A stretch of DNA of 11,123 nt, from assembly GCA_046757165.1 (NCBI GenBank), contig JBHHXT010000160.1:1-11123 (forward strand). Reading direction: 5' to 3'. Source of the DNA: a bacterium. Its GTDB lineage: Bacteria; Zhuqueibacterota; Zhuqueibacteria; Oceanimicrobiales; Oceanimicrobiaceae. The notes beneath the pieces were generated by a model. The model was not told the origin of the DNA. It saw only the letters and a program-made list of their open reading frames with translations, and searched no databases. Position 1 is the first letter of the stretch, and each line of letters begins with the position of its first letter. Below, piece after piece: positions 1-6,142 of this stretch. Both the position numbers and the translations under genes were made by a program.

Positions 1-26
1 TATGTTAATCAATTTAAGTGCGTTGA

Positions 27-323
27 ATGGCAGCGCAGGTTATGCTTTCGATCGCGAGCCGGTTCAGAGTAGGGACCGCCATTCTACATGTTGGATCCGC
101 TCAATTCACTCCGTCGGGACCCATCCGCTACACCTTCAATGGCGTAGAAGCGGCTCGCACCGCAAAAGCACTCCAGGCACGCAGGATCATCCCCATTCAC
201 TACGAGGGGTGGTCACATTTCAGGGAAGGCCGACCGGAAATCGAGAAGGCGTTTGCGGAACAAAGGCTTGCTGATCGCTTACACTGGCTGCCCGCTGGTG
301 AGGCCGTGGAGGTGGAAGTTTGA
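27..323 (+). pseudogene. C-terminal fragment of an MBL-fold metallo-hydrolase (UlaG/beta-lactamase-like), 5' part missing
   Basis: IASRFRVGTAILHVG...ARRIIPIHYEGWSHFREG resembles the C-terminal half of MBL-fold hydrolases (PIH/PVH motif). The frame is closed upstream by TAA 6-8, TAA 15-17 and TGA 24-26, and no HxHxDH or GDT motif is present in any + frame before ~51. Confidence 0.6.
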
Positions 324-333
324 CTGGCGGAGT

Positions 334-369
334 AACTCTGTTGTCAGGGTTTAAAACCCTGACAGAGTT
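334..369. repeat. Palindrome between convergent genes (REP-like element and/or bidirectional terminator)
   Basis: TGTCAGGGTT (342-351) / TAA loop / AACCCTGACA (355-364), extended by AACTC (334-338) pairing with GAGTT (365-369). It lies between the stop codons at 323 and 381. Confidence 0.75.
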
Positions 370-380
370 TTCGCCGCGGC

Positions 381-923
381 TCACAAAAGCGGCACAAAGT
401 AAACATCTCCCATATCACCCACCCGATGCTCTTTGAAAACAGCCTTCACCCGCATGCCGGTTCTGGCTGCCGAAACATCCTCCATGATGACATTGCTCAT
501 CATCAGCGTGTCGGCGCCATCCAGCAGCAGAAAGGCGCAGATGTAGGGCGTCTTGTGGAAGAATGCCGAAGCCGCATAGTGCACAATGGTGAAGGTCTTG
601 ACCGTGCCCTCATTGCCACAGGGCGTCCACTCTGTGTCACAATAGCATTCAGCGCAATGGGCGCGCGGCGGCAAAAAAACCGTGCCGCAGGACCGGCACC
701 GGCTGCCGTAGATTCTCTGGTTGTCCCGGATTTCCCGGAAAAACCGTGAAGTCAAGCCGTAGCTGTACTTGTAGTCGATTTGAATTCGGTCGGGGATTTC
801 CAGAGGGGCATCCATGCTCTTCGGGTCATCCAATTCGGTTGCGAAAGCTTTGGCAATGGCTTCCGGGGAGGTGTTCATCTTTTGGCTTTGAACTTCAACC
901 CACTTCTTCTTATTCTTGATCAT
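381..923 (-). CDS. DUF35-family Zn-ribbon + OB-fold protein (thiolase/aldolase partner, ChsH2-DUF35-like), 180 aa
   Basis: GSRCRSCG-VFLPPRAHCAEC Zn ribbon followed by GTVKTFTIVH...PY...LLDGAD...GMRVKAVF OB fold. ATG at 923 has GAAAGG upstream and lies 10 nt after the thiolase stop; the ORF-track extension to 1262 overlaps the thiolase gene. Confidence 0.92.
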   Translation of the reverse strand: MIKNKKKWVEVQSQKMNTSPEAIAKAFATELDDPKSMDAPLEIPDRIQIDYKYSYGLTSRFFREIRDNQRIYGSRCRSCGTVFLPPRAHCAECYCDTEWTPCGNEGTVKTFTIVHYAASAFFHKTPYICAFLLLDGADTLMMSNVIMEDVSAARTGMRVKAVFKEHRVGDMGDVYFVPLL

Positions 924-933
924 CGCGTGCCTT

Positions 934-2130
934 TCAATCATCCGCTTCAACAACAAACGCAAACGTCCAGGCCGTGGCTGGCCCGCCGATACTTTGCACG
1001 AGTCCGCGTCTGGCATTCCCGACCTGTCGTGTTCCTGCCTGGCCGCAGACTTGCAATGCCGCCTCCCCCGTCTGCATGACGCCTGTGGCGCCCACCGCAT
1101 GGCCACAGCCGATAAGCCCACCGCTGGGACAGACGGGCAGCTCACCCTCCATTTCCGTGACCCCCTCCTCGATGAGTCGCCCGCCTTCGCCGGGCGGACA
1201 AAACCCGAAGGCTTCGTAGGACAAAATCTCCGCGCCGGTAAAGGCGTCGTGCAGCTCAGCAAAGTCTAGCTCTTTCAAGGGGTCTGTGATCCCGGCCATC
1301 TCGTAGGCGCGCTCCCCGGCGACACGGCTGGAGGCAAACTCCGTATAGTCCGGTCGCCGGCCGGTGAAGACCAGGTCGGTAGCCGCTCCGACGCCTGTGA
1401 TCCAGGCCGGGGCGTCTGTGATTTCCCGCGCCTTTTCCTCACACGCCAGGATGATAGCGGAAGCGCCCTCGGAATAGAGGCAGTTGTCATAGAATTTGAA
1501 CGGATAACAAATCATGCGGGAATTGAGCACATCTTCGACAGTAAGCTTTTTCGGGCTCTGGGCGATGGGGTTGTTAAAAGCATTTTTGTGATTCTTCACG
1601 GACACCCGCGCCATCTGAGATTCGGTGGGCGTGCCGTATTTGTCCATGTGAGCCACCAGCGGAAGGGCGTAGGAAGCCGCCGGCGTCAGCCCCATCGGGG
1701 TCTCGAAAGTCATGTCGCCGGAGAAGATGATTCCCTTCAAGACTTCCGGGGTCGCGGCGCCGATTTCGTAGTTGTAGCAGTCGGTGCATTTCTCCACCCC
1801 CAAGACCAGCACGATGTCGTGCAGACCGGAAGCCACCTCGGCAAATCCCGCCCGCACCGCGGCGCCGCCCGTCGCGCCGCCCGTGGCCACGCGCACCGAA
1901 GGCTTCAACCCCATGCCGATGTAATCATGAATGTAGACATCCGGCATGAACTGGCGCTCGAAGAGCTCGTTGTAAATGCCGTACACCACGCTGTCCACAT
2001 CTTCGCGCGCGAGGCGCGCATGTTCCAGCGTTCGTTTAGCTGCATCGTAAGCGAGCTCGTAATAGCTTTTCTCAACCCACCGCGCTCTGAACTGAGTGTT
2101 GCCCACTCCGACAATTGCTACTTTTCGCAT
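934..2130 (-). CDS. SCP2-type thiolase-fold protein lacking the nucleophilic Cys (probable aldolase-type, Ltp-like), 398 aa
   Basis: MRKVAIVGVG start, GVEK, KNHKNA-NNP-AQ, ELHDAF and PSGGLIGCGHAVGATG motifs. The usual CAS/CxS position reads VATGGATGG. Confidence 0.93.
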   Translation of the reverse strand: MRKVAIVGVGNTQFRARWVEKSYYELAYDAAKRTLEHARLAREDVDSVVYGIYNELFERQFMPDVYIHDYIGMGLKPSVRVATGGATGGAAVRAGFAEVASGLHDIVLVLGVEKCTDCYNYEIGAATPEVLKGIIFSGDMTFETPMGLTPAASYALPLVAHMDKYGTPTESQMARVSVKNHKNAFNNPIAQSPKKLTVEDVLNSRMICYPFKFYDNCLYSEGASAIILACEEKAREITDAPAWITGVGAATDLVFTGRRPDYTEFASSRVAGERAYEMAGITDPLKELDFAELHDAFTGAEILSYEAFGFCPPGEGGRLIEEGVTEMEGELPVCPSGGLIGCGHAVGATGVMQTGEAALQVCGQAGTRQVGNARRGLVQSIGGPATAWTFAFVVEADD

Positions 2131-2327
2131 CTTTCTCTTTTGTGGCTGACCAAGGAGAAGATACACAAATTTCAAGCAAAGCAAAACAAAAATTCAGTAA
2201 TTGTCCACCATCCCCGCGTCAGAAAAAACCCATTCACAGGAAAACGGCTCTGATACGCCGTTGCGTGACCGATTCTTGCAGGCGCAGGAATATTGGCATT
2301 CCCTGACGCTTTTCTCAACGCAACCCT

Positions 2328-2531
2328 TCATATTGGCAGGTCGTCATCCAAAAGCTCAGTCAATTTCAATTCGCGTTTGAGCGTCTGGATGATCAAGTTG
2401 AGATAGACTTTTGCATTTTCTGCGTGCGTTATCTTGAATCTGTGATTTTTGTGGCGACGGTAGGATTTCAAAGACTCCTCGAGCGCCTCGAAATAGATGT
2501 CGTCTGGGGTAGGTTGTTCTATTTTTGGCAT
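2328..2531 (-). CDS. Small hypothetical protein, 67 aa, with acidic C-terminus DDDLPI
   Basis: Strong GGAGG RBS about 9 nt before the ATG, natural-looking helical composition, and divergent orientation to an XRE gene. Confidence 0.7.
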   Translation of the reverse strand: MPKIEQPTPDDIYFEALEESLKSYRRHKNHRFKITHAENAKVYLNLIIQTLKRELKLTELLDDDLPI

Positions 2532-2727
2532 TTGGGGAACCCTCCAAAAGCTGGATCAAACCGAGAACCGAAAAGAATATGCTTGATTGTGATTTATTGA
2601 AACCTTTTTCCCAGAGATGGTAGAAAAATTCACGATACGTCGAAAGCTTGGCTGCTTGTGTTTGTCAAACCCAGTCTGTAGCACCTGATCCGCCTCTGTT
2701 CTGGCTAGGTTAGCCTGGAAATTTTTC

Positions 2728-2756
2728 TTGACATCAACAATGCGATTTCGTACCCT
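2728..2756 (+). promoter_or_regulatory. Sigma70-type promoter towards the XRE gene
   Basis: TTGACA (2728-2733), 17 bp spacer, TACCCT (2751-2756). Confidence 0.6.
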
Positions 2757-2787
2757 ATCAAGGTTAACAAAGGATACCCAATAACCC

Positions 2788-2816
2788 ACGATAATGTTTT
2801 TCCGGCTCATTGTCAA
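2788..2816 (-). promoter_or_regulatory. Sigma70-type promoter towards the 67-aa gene, facing the + strand promoter
   Basis: On the minus strand: TTGACA (2816-2811), 17 bp spacer, TATCGT (2793-2788). Confidence 0.65.
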
Positions 2817-2843
2817 GTCTTTTTCACATCAAATAGCAGAATA

Positions 2844-3245
2844 ATGGCAAGAGGCGACGAAACCATCGGAGACCGACTTAGGAAAGCCATCAGAGCAGTG
2901 GGGTATGGGCGGGCAATAGATTTTGCCACCAAGCACAAAATCAAGTCTTCTACACTCTACGCAACCCTAAACAATCAAACAAAAATACCGGGTGCGCAGA
3001 TCTTGGCTGCATGCCAGGAACATGATATAAATATCATGTGGCTGCTATACGGCGATGGAGAAATGATCATGAAAACAAGAGAAGGTGATTATGATTTGGG
3101 AGACCATGTGCTCAGAGACGATGTTGCGCACTACAAACCAAAGTCAAACGAATTGATCTCACAGATCATGGCGCTTGATGAGCAAGAAATTAAGACTATC
3201 TATAATGTTCTGAAAGCATATCTTGAAGGAAGGGTTGCGGAATGA
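2844..3245 (+). CDS. XRE-family / phage cI-like HTH transcriptional regulator without S24 peptidase domain, 133 aa
   Basis: TIGDRLRKAI...FATKHKIKSSTLYATLNNQTKIPG...INIMWLLYGDGEM is typical of lambda-repressor-like HTH domains; a short helical C-terminal domain follows. Confidence 0.88.
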   Translation: MARGDETIGDRLRKAIRAVGYGRAIDFATKHKIKSSTLYATLNNQTKIPGAQILAACQEHDINIMWLLYGDGEMIMKTREGDYDLGDHVLRDDVAHYKPKSNELISQIMALDEQEIKTIYNVLKAYLEGRVAE

Positions 3246-3482
3246 AAGGGATGGCCTGCTTTTGTTTTCTTTTTTCTCGCGTGTGCGCCGCCCGATACTT
3301 TTTCCGGAAAGTGCTAGGGGCACTGTTGCTGAAATGCATGTTTGTTATCAGGAACGAGCTTATTCTGAAAGGGGAAACGATAGGGGCAGCGAACAATCAT
3401 TCTTCAAAGTCTACCCAATGGCTAACCGGTCTCGAGGTCCAGTTGACCTTTCAGACATGAAGTCCAGACCGTACGTACCCCT

Positions 3483-4343
3483 CTACTGCCGGTTCAATCG
3501 CCAATCATACTCGACAAACTCGATCTTCACCTCGTTCTCCGCCAGGAAACGCCGGGCAGCAGGGTCCAGGTAAGGTTGCACAAACTCCACCAGGGTGTGC
3601 CCGCCGGATTCGAAATCATCCCGGTACCAGTTGAAGATCTGGGACAGATAAAGGATCTTGTTCTCGCGGTCGAGACGGTTTTTTTCAGGATTTCTCAGGA
3701 ACAACCGGGCGACGGCGACGATTTTCGCTTGCATCGTGGCTTCGGTGTACGCTTCAGAGGGGAGGCCGGGACAGCTCAGCGCGGCGCACACGAGGATGAA
3801 GTGCAATCGTGGGTCCTTGAACTTTGGCAGGAGGATTTCTTTTTCTATCTGGTCCAGGGTGTATTTTTTTCCAGCCACGCCGTGTTCTTGTTTGTCGAAG
3901 AAACCGTCGACCTCCAGAACGCTGTTGATCAGCCGGTACGCCGGCGGCTGTTCGCCGTGCCTTTTCCGCTGAACCTCAGCTGCGAGCTCCTTTCCCTTCT
4001 GCATGGTTGTTCGCCGGCTCAGGAGGTGACGCTCGGAGTTGTCCAGCACGCCCTTGATCGCCAGCGCATTGTATGCGTTGGTCCAGAATGCCAGCTCGGC
4101 GTCGGTCGACGTGAGTGAGGCCGGGTCCATTTTTTGTAACCACTTCAGATAATTCTTGAACTCCCGGTCTTCTGCCATACCTTCGTAGTCGACCCGTCCG
4201 CTCTCGACATGCCGTTGCAGGGCGTGGGTGAACAGCTCGTGTCCGGAGGGTTGCGGATCCTCGTCAGTTGCCCCTGAAAAGCTCATCGCGACCCGCGCCG
4301 AGCACAGCAGCAACAGCAGACAAATGTAAGTCGTGTACCTCAT
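3483..4343 (-). CDS. DUF547 domain-containing secreted protein, 286 aa
   Basis: Signal-peptide-like N-terminus (MRYTTYICLLLLLCSARVAMS), GRVDY, LAFWTNAYNA, DPRLHFILVCAALSCP, LSQIFNWYRDDF and YDWRLN motifs; AGGAG RBS before ATG 4343. Confidence 0.92.
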   Translation of the reverse strand: MRYTTYICLLLLLCSARVAMSFSGATDEDPQPSGHELFTHALQRHVESGRVDYEGMAEDREFKNYLKWLQKMDPASLTSTDAELAFWTNAYNALAIKGVLDNSERHLLSRRTTMQKGKELAAEVQRKRHGEQPPAYRLINSVLEVDGFFDKQEHGVAGKKYTLDQIEKEILLPKFKDPRLHFILVCAALSCPGLPSEAYTEATMQAKIVAVARLFLRNPEKNRLDRENKILYLSQIFNWYRDDFESGGHTLVEFVQPYLDPAARRFLAENEVKIEFVEYDWRLNRQ

Positions 4344-4602
4344 GATCAATCTCCTGGATGTTCCCCCAAAAGTTCTTCTGACGACGTACAATCTTTTTTG
4401 ATAAAAATCAGGTTATGTCTCAATCGCCTCATGATAATTCAAGATTCGAGAAATTATGGTCCTACACAGTTTGCAACTGTGCATACCTCTCGGATTTGTT
4501 CCTAAAACACGGTTGTCCCGCAAAGGCGGGATGTTGGATCAGGCTTGAATGAACTCTGTCCCCAAAATAAGGGGGGGGACATTCAACTCATGACCAATCT
4601 CC
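4338..4602. repeat. 17-bp imperfect direct repeat (4338-4354 and 4586-4602) containing the DUF547 RBS and start codon
   Basis: CCTCATGATCAATCTCC versus ACTCATGACCAATCTCC, 15/17 identical. Confidence 0.8.
4355..4585. mobile_element. Putative non-autonomous IS derivative (MITE), 231 bp, with TG...CA ends
   Basis: Imperfect TIRs TGGATGTTCCCCC (4355-4367) and TGAATGTCCCCCC (reverse complement of 4573-4585), 11/13 identical and flush with the 17-bp direct repeats. Internal hairpins at 4465-4481 and 4516-4531; no transposase. Confidence 0.55.
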
Positions 4603-4703
4603 TATGATTGCATGGGCCCAGATTCATCGTTCCCTCACACCCTACACTAAACCTGCCCTCTCTGCAAAATTATTTCCACCAGAAGGGCGCCTCCTGAAAG
4701 TGG

Positions 4704-4733
4704 TTGACTTTTGCCTTTTTTTTTGCTTACTTA
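4704..4733 (+). promoter_or_regulatory. Possible sigma70 promoter for the mrp unit
   Basis: TTGACT (4704-4709), 18 bp T-rich spacer, TACTTA (4728-4733). The -10 match is imperfect. Confidence 0.4.
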
Positions 4734-4746
4734 GACTGATTTTTCC

Positions 4747-4914
4747 GGCACAGCAGTCATTAAGCTTCGCTGTCATTGACAGAGGTGAGTTTTTGCTGCT
4801 GTGTCAAATGACGCCAAAGGCAAATGACCTGATGACTCAATGACGGGCATTGTCATTCGCTTCGCGTCATTAGCCCTTGGAAGTGCAGAAGTTCAGAAGT
4901 AACAACACAGAAGT
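4747..4914 (+). repeat. Repeat-built structured region in the mrp 5' leader (GTCATT/AATGAC units, then CAGAAGT x3)
   Basis: GTCATT at 4756, 4772, 4852 and 4866; AATGAC at 4807, 4823 and 4839 (GATGAC at 4831); CAGAAGT at 4886, 4894 and 4908. Confidence 0.7.
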
Positions 4915-4943
4915 CTCAGAAAGGAGATTAATCAGTTTCTCAT

Positions 4944-6083
4944 ATGCCACCTCTCACAGAGCAAGATATCCTGAAAGCGCTTACAGATGTTCGCGACCCG
5001 CAGTCGGGCAAAGATCTCGTTTCCAATCGCATGATCAAAGATGTTCAAGTCGAGAATACCCACGTTACCTTCACGTTAGAATTCAAACAACAAGATTTTC
5101 CGCATAAAGAAGCCGTTCGCAAGAGTGCTGAAACGGCTGTCCGTGCTCTGCCTAGCATTGACTCCGTGACCATCAACATGCGCGTAAATGACCCTCTGCG
5201 AGTTGTGTCTTCTCCCCCGCCACAGGCGCCCCAAACGAAGCGGCCCCAGTCCGCGGCGCCTCCACAGCCGCAGAAGATAGCGCCGAAAGCCAAGTACACC
5301 ATCGCAGTAGCAAGCGGCAAAGGTGGGGTCGGCAAGACCACTGTGGCGGTCAACCTGGCTGTGTCGCTGGCGCAACGGGGCGTGCGCGTCGGGCTTCTGG
5401 ACGCGGATATTTATGGCCCCAACGTGCCGATCATGATGGGCACGTACGATAAACTGACCACCCGCAACAACAAGATCGCCCCCCTGCGCAAGTATGATGT
5501 AGACCTGGTTTCAGTCGGCTTCATCTCTCAGGGTGACGCCGCCATCATCTGGCGCGGGCCCCTGGTGGGCCGGATGATCCAGCAGTTTTTGTCAGACGTG
5601 GACTGGAGCGAACTGGACTATCTCATCGTCGACATGCCTCCCGGCACAGGCGACGCGCAGTTGACACTCACACAGAGCGTCGCGCTGACCGGAGCTGTGG
5701 TGGTCTGTACACCGCAAGCCGTGGCCCTGGCGGATGCCAAGAAGGGGATCAACATGTTCAAAAAAGTCGAAGTGCCCATCCTGGGCGTGGTCGAAAACAT
5801 GAGCTGTTTTATCGCTCCGGACACGGGCCAGAAATACGACATTTTCGGACAGGGCGGCGGCAAAGCCATGGCAAAGGAGATGGACGTGCCCTTTCTTGGC
5901 GACATTCCTTTGGAACAGGCGACGCGAGAATGCGGAGACAAGGGAACCCCAATCGTGATTGCGCAGGCGGACTCCCCGGTATCGTCAGCCTTCGGTCGGA
6001 TAACCGATGCGCTGATGGCGCAAGTGAGCAAGAAGACAGAGAGCGATTCCGGCTTGCTGAAACGCGTGTTCAAAATCAACTGA
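4944..6083 (+). CDS. mrp: Mrp/NBP35 (ApbC) Fe-S cluster carrier ATPase with N-terminal DUF59/FeS_assembly_P domain
   Basis: N-terminal L..V.DP..GKDLVS domain, Pro/Gln-rich linker, and ASGKGGVGKTT, DADIYGPN, IIWRGP, DMPPGTGD, TPQ and GVVENMS motifs; AAGGAG upstream. Confidence 0.95.
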   Translation: MPPLTEQDILKALTDVRDPQSGKDLVSNRMIKDVQVENTHVTFTLEFKQQDFPHKEAVRKSAETAVRALPSIDSVTINMRVNDPLRVVSSPPPQAPQTKRPQSAAPPQPQKIAPKAKYTIAVASGKGGVGKTTVAVNLAVSLAQRGVRVGLLDADIYGPNVPIMMGTYDKLTTRNNKIAPLRKYDVDLVSVGFISQGDAAIIWRGPLVGRMIQQFLSDVDWSELDYLIVDMPPGTGDAQLTLTQSVALTGAVVVCTPQAVALADAKKGINMFKKVEVPILGVVENMSCFIAPDTGQKYDIFGQGGGKAMAKEMDVPFLGDIPLEQATRECGDKGTPIVIAQADSPVSSAFGRITDALMAQVSKKTESDSGLLKRVFKIN

Positions 6084-6142
6084 GGTCAAACAAAGGATGG
6101 AGGGTATGTTCACCCAACAGTTGCCAAAGGAAGGGAGCGCAA

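Noticed and set aside
924..1262. N-terminal extensions in the ORF track (DUF35 here; also thiolase, DUF547, MBL, Zn protein, moaD and moaE)
   Set aside because: They overlap neighbouring genes or intergenic DNA; downstream starts fit the RBS positions and family N-termini better.
2640..2668. Second minus-strand TTGACA (2668-2663)
   Set aside because: There is no acceptable -10 at 16-18 bp; the nearby TATCGT is 25 bp away.
2556..2816. 86-aa minus-strand ORF as a Cro-like partner
   Set aside because: It starts inside the predicted -35 and spacer of the leftward promoter, has no RBS and shows no HTH pattern.
3242..3460. 72-aa ORF overlapping the XRE stop (ATGA)
   Set aside because: The coupling is suggestive, but the Cys/Phe-rich sequence derives from T-runs and shows no recognisable motif; it cannot be supported without homologs.
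4415..4552. 45-codon Cys-containing ORF inside the MITE-like element
   Set aside because: Weak RBS, no transposase-like motif, and it overlaps palindromes; probably fortuitous.
2797..4748. Recurring TTTTTCCGG at 2797, 3299 and 4740 as an XRE operator
   Set aside because: The motif is short and low-complexity with no consistent symmetry or position relative to promoters.
4747..4914. CRISPR array or known riboswitch
   Set aside because: The repeats are only 6-7 bp with irregular spacing and mixed orientation, no cas genes are present, and I recognise no riboswitch consensus.
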